Of a stretch of DNA of 64,000 bases, positions 50,031-62,300 are shown one piece after another (position 1 is the first letter of the stretch; each line of letters begins with the position of its first letter). Made by a program: the position numbers and the translations under genes. Source of the stretch: Anaeramoeba ignava BMAN (Eukaryota; Protista; Anaeramoebae); the NCBI GenBank assembly GCA_028826165.1, contig JAPDFW010000079.1, positions 124,001 to 188,000 of the forward strand, written 5' to 3'. The notes under the pieces were generated by a model. That model ran no database searches and had not been told where the DNA came from. It was given only the letters and a program-made list of their open reading frames with translations.

Positions 50031-52118
50031 TTAAAATAATCCCAAAATTATTGTTATTCCTAAAATGAAAATTGAAAAAAGAATTTGTTGACTTGAAGAA
50101 GGTTTTGGAGTTGGAGTTGGTGTTGGTTGTTGAATTTCATATAAGGAATAAGGTTCTTGTTCAGAATTTAAAAGATAAACTATTGATTTTGATGAATCAT
50201 ATTCACTAATCAAACTTTGCCAAGAATATTCTGTTGAAATGTTTGAAATTAATTGATTTGAACTTAATTCAACTTCAAGAATATTAACTAATTGATCACC
50301 AGAAGTAGAATATGTACCTATCAAATAAATTGAACCATCATTTAATTCAAAATAATTTGGATATAAGTAAAATGAAGTAACATTTAATGAATCATTCATA
50401 ATTATCATATTAGTTAAATCAACTCTTGAAATGAGATTATTGGTTGAATTTTGGAAATAGAAATATTGGAAAGTCTTTTCAAAAAAATATTCAATAAATG
50501 AACTTTCAAAATTTAAATTATCAATAATATTCATATTAGATGAATCAATTTTGGAAAGATAATAATTGGAATCAGAATTATTGTTATAAAGTGAATAAAG
50601 ATATTCATTTGAAGTATCAATATTAATATCAAAGATACCTGTTTCATTTCCAAAGCTTGAATTATCAATTATTGTTAAATCAGAAACATTAACTTGAATT
50701 ATTCCATAATTTAAATTATTTTTATTCAAATATCCAAAATAAAGAATTCCTTTTTGTTCATCAAATGTTATTGATTGAATTGATAAATTATTATTAAGTT
50801 GATTAAATCCTTCAAATGAAAAATTTGATAATCTTAATTTTCCAATATTCAATCCATTTGAAGAAGTTGGAAACAAATAAAGAAATCCATTTAATGTATC
50901 AATTTCTCCATAATCACATTCATTACTTATATTCAGATAATCAATAATTGTGAGTGATTCAAGATCAAATTTGATAATAGAATAATTATTAGAAATATAA
51001 AATTCAAAATAACCAATTTGATTAGATTCATCAATAAGAAGTAAATCAGGATTTGAATAATCTTGTAGCATTGAGGTATTTTCAACTTGGAATAAAGATA
51101 AATCAACTTCAATAACTGTTTGATTATACGTTGCAATATAAGCTTTTTCAGTTTCAATATCAAAAGCAACTGAATCAACATAAGAACCATCACTAATAGT
51201 ATTCAATGTATCAATTATTGAGTTATTTGTTAAATCCATTTTAGCCATAACTCCCTTATAATCAATAAAATAACCAAATTCATTAGTTTCATCAATCCCA
51301 ACTCCTGAAATATATTTCAAATTTGTAAGATTAACAACATCTTGTTTTGCGAAATTTATCAAATCAACTATTACTGCATAGGCTTGTGATGTACCTAAAT
51401 ACATTTTTTGTGTTGAATAATCAATTTCTCCATAATACATTTCAGTATCATTTGAAGAATTGAAGAAAAGAGTATCAATCACACTAAAAGTTGATAAATC
51501 AATTTTATACAATGTTTGATTAACTTCTGAGTCAGGTGTTATTGAGGCATATAATAATCCATTTGGAATATCAATCATAAGAGTTTCAAAATAATATTCA
51601 GAAAGAGATAAATTTGCTTCTTGAGTAAATGTAGTTAAATCAATTTTAACAACAAAAGGAGGAGAATCACAACCAAAATAAGCTTTTTGATTCACAATAT
51701 CAATTTGACCTATCCAAGCTCCAGTTTGAACATTAACATCTAATGTGAGAATATCATCAACTTCAAATTTTTTCAAATCAACTTTGGAAATTTGAACTGG
51801 TGGACTATTATATGTTCCAACATAAACAAATTTATTCACTGTATCAATAACTGCTCCTTCAGCATCTTCAATTCCTAAATCAAGAGCATTAATAAATTCA
51901 AGAGTATTCATATCAAATTTGAATAAAAAAGAATCTGGTGTAGAGGTTGTATCCATTTGATCAATAACATAAACAAATCCTTCATCATTATCAATCAAAA
52001 TATTAACAGGAGAATATAGTGAAAATGGAAATGTGAATACTTCTTCAATTTGAACATTTGATTGAACTAACAAAATAAAAGAAGTAAAACAAACAAAAAG
52101 AATCAATTTATTTTTCAT
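50031..52118 (-). CDS. Secreted beta-propeller (YncE/YVTN-like) surface protein, PT stalk and hydrophobic C-terminus (GPI/TM anchor), copy A
   Basis: Signal peptide, repeated ~42-aa ID...(K/Y)xY....KIDL..F blades, many N-x-S/T sequons, and QPTPTPTPKPSSSQQILFSIFILGITIILGLF end. Confidence 0.8.
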   Translation of the reverse strand: MKNKLILFVCFTSFILLVQSNVQIEEVFTFPFSLYSPVNILIDNDEGFVYVIDQMDTTSTPDSFLFKFDMNTLEFINALDLGIEDAEGAVIDTVNKFVYVGTYNSPPVQISKVDLKKFEVDDILTLDVNVQTGAWIGQIDIVNQKAYFGCDSPPFVVKIDLTTFTQEANLSLSEYYFETLMIDIPNGLLYASITPDSEVNQTLYKIDLSTFSVIDTLFFNSSNDTEMYYGEIDYSTQKMYLGTSQAYAVIVDLINFAKQDVVNLTNLKYISGVGIDETNEFGYFIDYKGVMAKMDLTNNSIIDTLNTISDGSYVDSVAFDIETEKAYIATYNQTVIEVDLSLFQVENTSMLQDYSNPDLLLIDESNQIGYFEFYISNNYSIIKFDLESLTIIDYLNISNECDYGEIDTLNGFLYLFPTSSNGLNIGKLRLSNFSFEGFNQLNNNLSIQSITFDEQKGILYFGYLNKNNLNYGIIQVNVSDLTIIDNSSFGNETGIFDINIDTSNEYLYSLYNNNSDSNYYLSKIDSSNMNIIDNLNFESSFIEYFFEKTFQYFYFQNSTNNLISRVDLTNMIIMNDSLNVTSFYLYPNYFELNDGSIYLIGTYSTSGDQLVNILEVELSSNQLISNISTEYSWQSLISEYDSSKSIVYLLNSEQEPYSLYEIQQPTPTPTPKPSSSQQILFSIFILGITIILGLF

Positions 52119-52960
52119 TTTTCCTTATTATTTTGTTTTTTTTGTGGAAAAAAAAGTAAAAAAATTATTAAAATTAAAATAATTAAGTAAGTAAATCCAA
52201 AATAATTAAATATTTACTTAAAATTAAATTTAAAATCAAATAAGAAATTTGATTAAAAAGAAATGAAAATCAAACGAAAAAATTTTTTTTTCTTTTATCT
52301 TCATTTTTTTTTGATCAAAATGGCAAAAAAATCAACATTAAATCATTTAAATATTTATTAAAGATTTTTCCTATTTTTATTTTCTTTATTATTTCATTGT
52401 TTCAATTTTTATTTTAAATTGAAAATAATCAGATTCTTAAATTAATTTTAATTTTTATTTAAGAAAATTAGTTTAAAAAGTTAATTTTAGTTTTATTCTT
52501 TTCTTTTTAGAAAATTTTTTTAATTTAATTAATAATAATTTCCAATTTGATCAAAATAAAAGTTAAATTTCTCATTTTATATTATTTTAAATTAAAATAT
52601 AAATTAAAATCAATTATTATTTTATTTTAAAGAAAAAATAAAACAAAAGAAAAAAAAAAAATAAATTTTTATTCCACTTTTTTATTTTATTAATTCAAAA
52701 AACAAAAACAAAATTAAATATAAAATAAATCAAAAATAAAACAAAACAAAAGAAAAGAAAAATAAAATAAATTTTTAAATACTTTTAAATAAAAATAAAT
52801 AGAAAAACAAAAACAATTAAATAACTTTTTAAATTAAAAATAAATATAAAATTAAAAATAAAAGAAAAAAGAAAATAATTTTTTATTCCACTTTTTTATT
52901 TTATTAATTCAAAAAACAAAAAACAAAATTAAATAAATTAAAAATAAAAATAAATAGAAA

Positions 52961-53054
52961 GAAGGGAATAAGTTTGGTATTCAAACATCATTCCCCCACA
53001 TTACTTTGTAATGTTAGCTATGAAAAAAATCATCAAAAGATTCTTGTAAGAGTG
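52961..53054. other. Duplicated multi-hairpin element, candidate structured RNA or cis-element (copy 1)
   Basis: Nested stem GGGAAT..GTTTG-gtatt-CAAAC..ATTCCC and stem ACATTAC-ttt-GTAATGT; identical copy at 56396-56489. Confidence 0.35.
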
Positions 53055-53290
53055 AAAAAAAAAATTATTTAAATTTTTATATTTTTTTCATTTAATTTAA
53101 TTTTTACCGAATAAACTTATGGATTTCAAAAATAAAACATAAAAATTAAACATAAAATCAAATCAATTAAATTCTTCTTTGAATTTATATTTAGATTTAG
53201 ATTTAGATTTTGGAATTAAAATTAAAATGAAAAATTAAAAATGAAAAATTAAAAATTTAAATTTGATTTGGGATTATTTTTATTTTTTTG

Positions 53291-53321
53291 GAAAGAAAGA
53301 AAGAAAGAAAGAAAGAAAGAA

Positions 53322-53361
<40 letters not shown>

Positions 53362-53390
53362 ATTGAAGAAAGAAAGAAAGAAAGAATTGA
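53291..53390. repeat. (GAAA)n microsatellite just downstream of each surface-protein stop (also ~49972-50012, ~56708-56790; another at ~31320-31348)
   Basis: Directly visible; reads (TTTC)n on the coding strand. Confidence 0.9.
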
Positions 53391-53403
53391 AGAAAAAATC
53401 CAA

Positions 53404-55488
53404 TTAAAATAATCCCAAAATTATTGTTATTCCTAAAATGAAAATTGAGAAAAGAATTTGTTGACTTGAAGAAGGTTTTGGAGTTGGTGTTGGTTGTTGA
53501 ATTTCATATAAGTAATAAGGTTCTTGATCAGAATTTAAAAGATAAATTCTTGATTTTGATGAATCATCTTCAATAATTAAACTTTGCCAAGAATATTCTA
53601 ATGTTGCGTTTGAAATTAATTGATTTGAACTTAATTCAACTTCAAGAACATTAACTAAATTATCACTAGAACTGGAATTTGAACCTATCAAATAAATTGA
53701 ATCATCATTTGATTCAAAATAATTTGAAGTCAAATAGAATGAAGTAACATTTAATGAATCATTCATAATTATCATATTAGTTAAATCAACTCTTGAAATC
53801 AAATTATTGGTTTTATTTTGGAAATAGAAATATTGGAAAGTCTTTTCAAAAAAATATTCAGTAAATGAATCTTCAAAATTTAAATTATCAATAATATTCA
53901 AATTGGATGAATTAATTTTGGAAAGATAATAATTGTAATCAGAATTGTTTGAATAAAGTGAATAAAGATATTCATTTGAAGTATCAATATTAATATCCAA
54001 TATAGCATTTTGACTTCCAAAATTTGAATTATTAATTATTGTTAAATCAGTAACATTAACTTGAATAATTTCATAATTTGAAATATCATTATTCAAATAT
54101 CCAAAATAAAGAATTCCTTTTTGTTCATCAAATGTTATTGATTCAATTCGTCCATTATCATGAATTTGATTAAATCCTTCAAATGAAAAATTTGATAATC
54201 TTAATTTTCCAATATTCAATCCATTTGAAGAAGTTGGAAACAAATAAAGAAATCCATTTAATGTATCAATTTCTCCATAATCACATTCCTGACTGATATC
54301 CAAATAATCAATAATTGAAAGTGATTGAAGATCAAATTTTAAGATAGAAGGATTATTAGAAATGTAGAATTCAAAATAACCAATTTGATTAGATTCATCA
54401 ATAAGAAATAACACAGGATATGAATAATCTTGTGGAATTATGGTTTTTTCAACTTGGAATAAAGATAAATCAACTTCAATTAATTCAGGATTATTCGTTG
54501 TAATATAAGCTTTTTCAATTTCAAAATCAAAAACTACTGATTGAACATAAGAACCATCACTAATAGTATTCAATGTATCAATTATTGAATTATTTGTTAA
54601 ATCCATTTTAGCCATAACTCCATTATAATCAATCAAATAACCAAATTCATTAGTTTCATCAATTCCTATTCCTGAACTATATTCCAAAGTTGGAATATTA
54701 ACATCATCTTGTTTTGTGAAATTTGTTAAATCAATTATAACAACATCAGGTGGTGATTGCCCTGTACCTAAATACATTTTTTGTGTTGAATAATCAATTG
54801 CTCCACAATAAATAGGCATTTCATTTAAAGTATTGAATCCAATATTATCAATCACACTGAAATTCGATAAAGCAATTTTGTACAATATTGAATTATCTGT
54901 TGAAATACTTTGTGTTGAAGCATATAAGAATCCATTTGGAATATCAATCATAAGAGTATCAAACCAATCTTCAGAAAGAGATAAATTTGTTTCTTGAGTA
55001 AATGTAGTTAAATCAATTTTAACAACAACAGGAGGAGAATCACAACCAAAATAAGCTTTTTGATTCACAATATCAATTTGACCTATCGAAGCTCCATATT
55101 GAACATCAATATCTAATGTGAGAATATCAACAACTTCAAATTTTTTCAAATCAACTTTGGAAATTTGAACTGGTGGATTATAATCTGATGCAGCATAAAC
55201 AAATTTATTCACTGTATCAATAACTGCTCCTTCAGCACCTTTAATTCCTAAATCAATAGCATCAATAAATTCAAAAGTATTCATATCAAATTTGAATAAG
55301 AAAGAATCTGGTATAGACATGCCCATTTGATCAACAACATAAACAAATCCTTCATCACTATCAACCAAAATATTATAAGGAGAATATAATGAGATTGGAA
55401 ATGTGAATACTTCTTCAATTTGAACATTTGATTGAACCAACAAAAGAAAAGAAGTAAAACAAACAAAAAGAATCAATTTACTTTTCAT
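53404..55488 (-). CDS. Secreted beta-propeller surface protein, copy B
   Basis: Intact 694-aa paralogue of copy A with an identical C-terminal anchor. Confidence 0.8.
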   Translation of the reverse strand: MKSKLILFVCFTSFLLLVQSNVQIEEVFTFPISLYSPYNILVDSDEGFVYVVDQMGMSIPDSFLFKFDMNTFEFIDAIDLGIKGAEGAVIDTVNKFVYAASDYNPPVQISKVDLKKFEVVDILTLDIDVQYGASIGQIDIVNQKAYFGCDSPPVVVKIDLTTFTQETNLSLSEDWFDTLMIDIPNGFLYASTQSISTDNSILYKIALSNFSVIDNIGFNTLNEMPIYCGAIDYSTQKMYLGTGQSPPDVVIIDLTNFTKQDDVNIPTLEYSSGIGIDETNEFGYLIDYNGVMAKMDLTNNSIIDTLNTISDGSYVQSVVFDFEIEKAYITTNNPELIEVDLSLFQVEKTIIPQDYSYPVLFLIDESNQIGYFEFYISNNPSILKFDLQSLSIIDYLDISQECDYGEIDTLNGFLYLFPTSSNGLNIGKLRLSNFSFEGFNQIHDNGRIESITFDEQKGILYFGYLNNDISNYEIIQVNVTDLTIINNSNFGSQNAILDINIDTSNEYLYSLYSNNSDYNYYLSKINSSNLNIIDNLNFEDSFTEYFFEKTFQYFYFQNKTNNLISRVDLTNMIIMNDSLNVTSFYLTSNYFESNDDSIYLIGSNSSSSDNLVNVLEVELSSNQLISNATLEYSWQSLIIEDDSSKSRIYLLNSDQEPYYLYEIQQPTPTPKPSSSQQILFSIFILGITIILGLF

Positions 55489-56395
55489 TTTTCCTATTAT
55501 TTTGTTTTTTTTGTGGAAAAAAAAGTTAAAAAATTATTAAATCCAAAATAATTAAGTAAGTAAATCCAAAATAATTAAATATTTACTTAAAATTAAATTT
55601 AAAATCAAATAATAAATTTGATTAAAAAGAAATGAAAATCAAAAAAAAATTTTTTTTTCTTTTATCTTCATTTTTTTTTTGTAGATCAAGATGGCAAAAA
55701 AAAAACAACAAATCATTTAAACATTCATTATACATTTTTTATCATTTATTTCTTTATTAATTAATTTTCAAAAATAACCCTAAAAATTTTTTATTTTGAT
55801 CTTAATTTAAGATTAATCAAAAAGCAAATTATTTTTATTTAATTTTATTATTAATTTATTTGATCAAATTTCAAATTATTTCAATTAAAAAATAACCCTA
55901 ATTTTCAATTTATTTTCAATTTGATTTCAATTTTCAATTTTAATTTTCAATTTTAATTTTCAAAAGAAAAAGGAAGAAAAAGAAAAAATTTTTCTTGTTG
56001 TTATTTATTTTTAAATGGAAAAAATCTTTTAATATAAATAAAAAATTTTAATTAAATAAATTTAAATTCAATTTTAATAAATATTATGAAAAACAAAAAA
56101 AATTATTTTTTTTTTTCATTTTATATTATTTTTAAAAAAAAAAAAAAAATTAAAGAAAAATTAAATGGAAAAAACAAAAGAAAATAAAAATAAAAATAAA
56201 TTTTTATTCCACTTTTTATTTTATTAATTCAAAAACACAAAAACAAAAATAAATATAAAAATAAAAATAAAAATAAAATTAAAAATAAAAGAAAAAATAA
56301 AATAAATTTTTTATTCCACTTTTTTATTTTATTAATTCAAAAAACAATTAAATAAATATAAAATTAAATAAATTAAAAATAAAAATAAATAGAAA

Positions 56396-56489
56396 GAAGG
56401 GAATAAGTTTGGTATTCAAACATCATTCCCCCACATTACTTTGTAATGTTAGCTATGAAAAAAATCATCAAAAGATTCTTGTAAGAGTG
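56396..56489. other. Duplicated multi-hairpin element (copy 2)
   Basis: Identical to 52961-53054. Confidence 0.35.
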
Positions 56490-56709
56490 AAAAAAAAAAT
56501 TATTTAAAATTTTATATTTTTTTCATTTAATTTAATTTTTACCGAATAAACTTATGGATTTCAAAAATAAAACATAAAAATTAAACATAAAAATCAAATC
56601 AATTAAATTCTTCTTTGAATTTATATTTAGATTTAGATTTAGAATTTTGGAATTAAAATGAAAAATTAAAAATTTAAATTTGATTTGGGATTATTTTTAT
56701 TTTTTTGGA

Positions 56710-56769
<60 letters not shown>

Positions 56770-56811
56770 ATTGAAGAAAAAAAGAAAGAAAGAATTGAAG
56801 AAAAAATCCAA

Positions 56812-58905
56812 TTAAAATAATCCCAAAATTATTGTTATTCCTAAAATAAAAATTGAAAAAAGAATTTGTTGACTTGAAGAAGGTTTTGGAGTTGGAGTTG
56901 GTGTTGGTTGTTGAATTTTATATAAGGAATAAGGTTGTTGACCAGAATTTAAAAGATAAAATCTTGATTTTGATGAATCATATTCAATAATTAAACTTTG
57001 CCAAGAATATTCTGTTGAAATGTTTGAAATTAATTGATTTGAACTTAATTCAACTTCAAGAATATTAACTAATTGATCACTAGAAGTAGAATTTGTACCT
57101 ATCAAATAAATTGAATCATCATTTAATTCAAAATAATTTGGAATCAAACTAAATGAAGTAACATTTAATGAATCATTCATAATTATCATATTAGTTAAAT
57201 CAACTCTTGGAATGAGATTATTGGTTGAATTTTGGAAATAGAAATATTGGAAAGTCTTTTCAAAAAAATATTTAAAAAATAAACTTTCAAAATTTAAATT
57301 ATCAATAATATTCATATTAGATGAATCAATTTTGGAAAGATAATAATTGGAATCAGAAGTGTTTGAATAAAGTGAATAAAGATATTCATTTGAAGTATCA
57401 ATATTAATATTAAGGAAATCTGTTTCATTTCCAAAGTTTGAATTATCAATTATTGTTAAATCAGTAACATTAACTTGAATAATTTCATAATTTGAATTAC
57501 TTTTATTTAAATATCCAACATAAAGAATTCCTTTTTGTTCATCAAATGTTATTGCCATAATTGCTCCATTATCATGAATTTGATTAAATCCTTCAAATGA
57601 AAAATTTAATAATCTTAATTTTCCAATATTCAATCCATTTGAAGAAGTTGGAAACAAATAAAGAAATCCATTTAATGTATCAATTTCTCCATAATCACAT
57701 TCATCACTTATATTCAGATAATCAATAATTGTGAGTGATTCAAGATCAAATTTGATAATAGAATAATTACTAGAAATATAAAATTCAAAATAAGCAATTT
57801 GATTAGATTCATCAATAAGAAGTAAAATAGGATATGAATAATCTTGTAGCATTGAGGTATTTTCAACTTGGAATAAAGATAAATCAACTTCAATTAATTC
57901 AGGATTATCCGTTATAATATAAACTTTTTCAATTTCAATATCAAAAGCAACTGATTGGACATGAGAACCATCACTAATAGTATTCAATGTATCAATTATT
58001 GAGTTATTTGTTAAATCCATTTTGGCCATAACTCCCTGAGAATCAATAAAATAACCAAATTCATTAGTTTCATCAATCCCAACTCCTGAAATATATTTCA
58101 AATTTGTAAGATTAACAACATCTTGTTTTGCGAAATTTATCAAATCAACTATTACCGCATAGGCTTGTGATTGATATGTACCTAAATACATTTTTTGTGT
58201 TGAATAATCAATTTCTCCATAATACATAGGTACTTCATTTGAAGAATTGAAGAAAAGAGTATCAATCACACTAAAAGTTGATAAATCAATTTTATACAAT
58301 GTTTGATTAACTTCTGAGTCAGGTGTTATTGAAGCATATAATAATCCATTTGGAATATCAATCATAAGAGTTTCAAAATAATATTCAGAAAGAGATAAAT
58401 TTGCTTCTTGAGTAAATGTAGTTAAATCAATTTTAACAAGAACAGGAGGAGAATCACAACCAAAATAAGCTTTTTGATTCACAATATCAATTTGACCTAT
58501 CCAAGCCCCATATTGAACATTAACATCTAATGTGAGAATATCATCAACTTCAAATTTTTTCAAATCAACTTTGGAAATTTGGACTAGTGGATTATCATCT
58601 GATGCAACATAAACAAATTTATTCACTGTATCAATAACTGCTCCTTCAGCACTTATAATTCCTAAATCAATAGTATTAATAAATTCAAGAGTATTCATAT
58701 CAAATTTGAATAAGAAAGAATCTGGTGTTGAGGCTATACCCGTTTCATCAATAACATAAACAAATCCTTCATCATTATCAATCAAAATATTAACAGGAGA
58801 ATATAGTGAAAATGGAAATGTGAATACTTTATCAATTTGAACATTTGATTGAACTAACAAAAGAAAAGAAGTAAAACAAACAAAAAGAATCAATTTATTT
58901 TTCAT
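56812..58905 (-). CDS. Secreted beta-propeller surface protein, copy C
   Basis: Intact 697-aa paralogue; the tandem unit is about 3.4 kb. Confidence 0.8.
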   Translation of the reverse strand: MKNKLILFVCFTSFLLLVQSNVQIDKVFTFPFSLYSPVNILIDNDEGFVYVIDETGIASTPDSFLFKFDMNTLEFINTIDLGIISAEGAVIDTVNKFVYVASDDNPLVQISKVDLKKFEVDDILTLDVNVQYGAWIGQIDIVNQKAYFGCDSPPVLVKIDLTTFTQEANLSLSEYYFETLMIDIPNGLLYASITPDSEVNQTLYKIDLSTFSVIDTLFFNSSNEVPMYYGEIDYSTQKMYLGTYQSQAYAVIVDLINFAKQDVVNLTNLKYISGVGIDETNEFGYFIDSQGVMAKMDLTNNSIIDTLNTISDGSHVQSVAFDIEIEKVYIITDNPELIEVDLSLFQVENTSMLQDYSYPILLLIDESNQIAYFEFYISSNYSIIKFDLESLTIIDYLNISDECDYGEIDTLNGFLYLFPTSSNGLNIGKLRLLNFSFEGFNQIHDNGAIMAITFDEQKGILYVGYLNKSNSNYEIIQVNVTDLTIIDNSNFGNETDFLNINIDTSNEYLYSLYSNTSDSNYYLSKIDSSNMNIIDNLNFESLFFKYFFEKTFQYFYFQNSTNNLIPRVDLTNMIIMNDSLNVTSFSLIPNYFELNDDSIYLIGTNSTSSDQLVNILEVELSSNQLISNISTEYSWQSLIIEYDSSKSRFYLLNSGQQPYSLYKIQQPTPTPTPKPSSSQQILFSIFILGITIILGLF

Positions 58906-59375
58906 TTTTTCCCTATTATTTTGTTTTTTTTTTTGTGGAAAAAATTAAAATTAAAATTAAAATAAGTAAGTAAGTCCAAAATAATTAAATATTTACTTAA
59001 AAATTAAATTTAAATTCAAATTCAAATAAGAACTTTGAATAAAAAAAAATGAAAATTAAACAAAAAATTTTTTTTCTTTTATCTTCATTTTTTTTTTTGA
59101 TCAAAATAAGAAAAAACAACATTAAATCATTTAAAAATTTATTAAATATTTTTCCTATTTTTATTATTAATTGATTCATTGTTTTAGTTTTTATTTTAAA
59201 TTGAAAAAAAGAGAGATTCTTAAATTAATTTTAATTTTATTCTTTTCTTTTTGGAAAATTTTTTAATTTAATTAATAATAATTTCCAATTTGATCAAAAT
59301 AAAAGTTAAATTTCTCATTTTATATTATTTTAAATTAAAATAAATAAAAATAAATAAATTATAATTATTTATCAT

Positions 59376-62300
59376 TTAAATAAAATTCGCGATATTTAAT
59401 TCTCCATTTTCTAATCCAAGAACAATTAAAAAATTATTATCAATAATTGAAGTGGAATAAATTGTTTCTTTTATATCAAAATTTTGGATTGTTTTTAAAT
59501 CAAATAATTTCCTAATTTCAAGAATCCCTTTTTCTCCACCTAAAAAAATGAAATTTGAATCTTGGGTAATAGAAATGGAATAAATATTTTGCAAGCATTT
59601 AACTTCTTGAATCAAATATCCATTGATTGTAAATAATCTCAACTTGGCGGAATTGTCTGAAAATGTGATAATATTTCCTTCTTTGGAAATTTTAATAATA
59701 GAAATTGGTTGTTTATCGGAAAAAACTATTGATTGAATGCATTTCCCTTTATGCAGTGAATGGAAGATTAACTTCCCATCAATAGATCCGCTTAGAATAG
59801 CATCATACTCAATTGATATCGCAACACTTTTCACTTCCTTTTCATGTTCAAAAAAGATGTGCTTTGGATTTTCTTTCACTTTTCTTTCTTTGAAATCAAA
59901 TTCCCAAACAATCACTCTTGTATCTTTTGATCCTGTAACAATATATTTCCAGTCAAGTGCTAAGCAATTCACAGTATCTTTATGTTTTGAGACACTTTGA
60001 ATCATTTTGTAATTTTCCATTTTAAATGTTTTGAACGTATTATCACAAAATCCGCAGCAAAACAAATGATCCGCAGTTTTATCAATTGCAAAGCATCCTT
60101 GGAAATTCTTGAAATCTTGCGAAAACGCAACTCCAATTTGCTCCTTCATTTTTTCGTCAATCGCAAAAGAAAAGTTCACTTTTTTTGGATTAGAATCAAT
60201 TAAATCAAATTTGTGATTCCCAATCATTCTTTCTTGATCAAAGGTAATTATTTGATCGTAATTTTGAGCAAAAGCGATATCTTTCACTTCCCGATAATGA
60301 ATGAATATTATTGCATTTTCACTTATGCTGAAATGCTGACTTTTTAAATTAAATTGCTCGTTTGGGAACAAAATATTTTTCCACTCAAATAAATTAAAAA
60401 TTGAAGAATTTTTTTGTTGAATTTCTTCTTTTGAAAATCTTTTTGGGTGTTTTGTTGTAAATAGTTGAATCGGTATTTGTCCTTTGATTGGGATTTCTTT
60501 TTTGGTTTTTTCTTCTTCTAAATTTAAAAAATTTATATTTTCTTCATATGAACTTGGATGGAATAAATTATATGATTGTTTAGCTTCTTTTCCTCTTTGC
60601 TTATATCCAAATATCAAATCAATCCATTCATTAAGATGCTCTGAAACATATTCCGATTCAAGTGCTTCTTTATGCATTTGAATAAATTCTTCTGGTGTTT
60701 TAGCCCATTTTGGAAGTTCAACACTGGAAATTTCATTTTCATTTTCAAATATTACTGGTTTTCTTAGAAAATCGGGTAAATGGAAAAATTCTGGGATAAG
60801 TTCTCCAATAAAAGCGTTTTCTTTGATTGCTTTCCATGTTTCTGGAATTGATTTGAAAATGGGATACTTTTCTTTCAAGCAAATTGCTTTAAATGGTTCT
60901 AATCTAATCAAATAAGATGAAACAAGTTCTGGATTAGAATACATTTGCTTGTAATTGAAATCAAATTCTTTTTCTTTCCCATCGATTTCGTACTTTTCAA
61001 AATAAACAATAACTTTATTATTCAGTAATCCAACAGGTTGAGATAATTTCCGAAATATTTTCGGATTATTAAGATCTATTTTTTCAGATTCATAATCCGA
61101 AATGATCCATGGGAAAATTGGATATTGCGAAAGATCTTGGTACGTTCTTCCTGATATTGTGTTTAAATACATAAGATATTCAAAATTTGATATTTTTCTT
61201 TCTTTCCATTTTTTTGTCATTTGGGATTTTTCAATCCACTTTGTTGGCTCATTTCCAGAATAATTATATTTGGTTAAATCAATATTTACGAATTTCTGTT
61301 TGAGAATATCATCGTAAATTTCATTTCTTTCTTCCATTGTTTCAAAATTGAAAAATATGCATTTTCTGTTGTTTCCAAAAAATATTTCTAATGCGGAATG
61401 CTTGAAAGCAAGTCTTCGTTTATGAATCGATTTGATCATTTCAAGATTCCACAAATAGTTCTTTTCCTTTTCTTTCTTTAAATTAAGTTCTTCAAAAAAA
61501 TTGATTGAATTATCTGCAAGTTGGAATATTCCTTGTATTCTCTTGGTTTTGGAAATGACTTCACATTTTTTGGAAAGGGAAATATTTCTTCTTTTTGCAT
61601 TTGGCTTTTGAATTTGTTTGATTTGTTCTTGAACTTTCAATAATTTATCTGTTTGGTCAATGATTTTTGTTTTAATTTTTTCATTTAGTTTGATTAAATT
61701 CTTCTTTTCATTTTTGACTTGATTTTCACATTCATTTCCAGATTGGTTTGCATTTGGTTTAAAATGGAAATTGATCTTCTTTTGCCTTCTCATTTCATCC
61801 TCGGTTTCTGAGAGTTTAGGATAAATATTTTCTTTTTCGAATTTTCCATCAGAAATAATCATTTCGTTAGAAACCCAAGGATATTTCCCCAAAATTGAAT
61901 TTTTGAGCATTTTTTTGAATTTTTGCAAATAAACCATATCTTTTCTTTGATCGATTCCTTTTTTCAAAATCCTTTTTTTTTCTTTGAGAATTAGATTTCG
62001 AATTTGGATCTGAATTTTCTGTGAAATGTCTTCAATTTCCTTTTGTTTAATTTTAAATACTTGATTAAAAGAATCTTTTAAATAGAAAATGTTATTTGAT
62101 TGAATTTTAATAAATTCTTTTTCGTTTTCTTCAATATCTTCCAAAATTTTCTGATTGATTGGAAGGAATATGATATTGGCTGCTTTTGTCCATTTTTCTT
62201 TCATTATTTCTTCTTGAAATTCTTCAATATTTTGGCTGGAAAAAATAAATGAATTTTGAGGATTTTCAGTAAGTAAACTTTGCTTTCTGTTTTGATTTGA

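Noticed and set aside
52961-53054. SECIS element, tRNA or C/D snoRNA identity for the hairpin island
   Set aside because: No in-frame TGA in neighbouring genes, no proper GA quartet, no T-loop or cloverleaf, and no CTGA D box.
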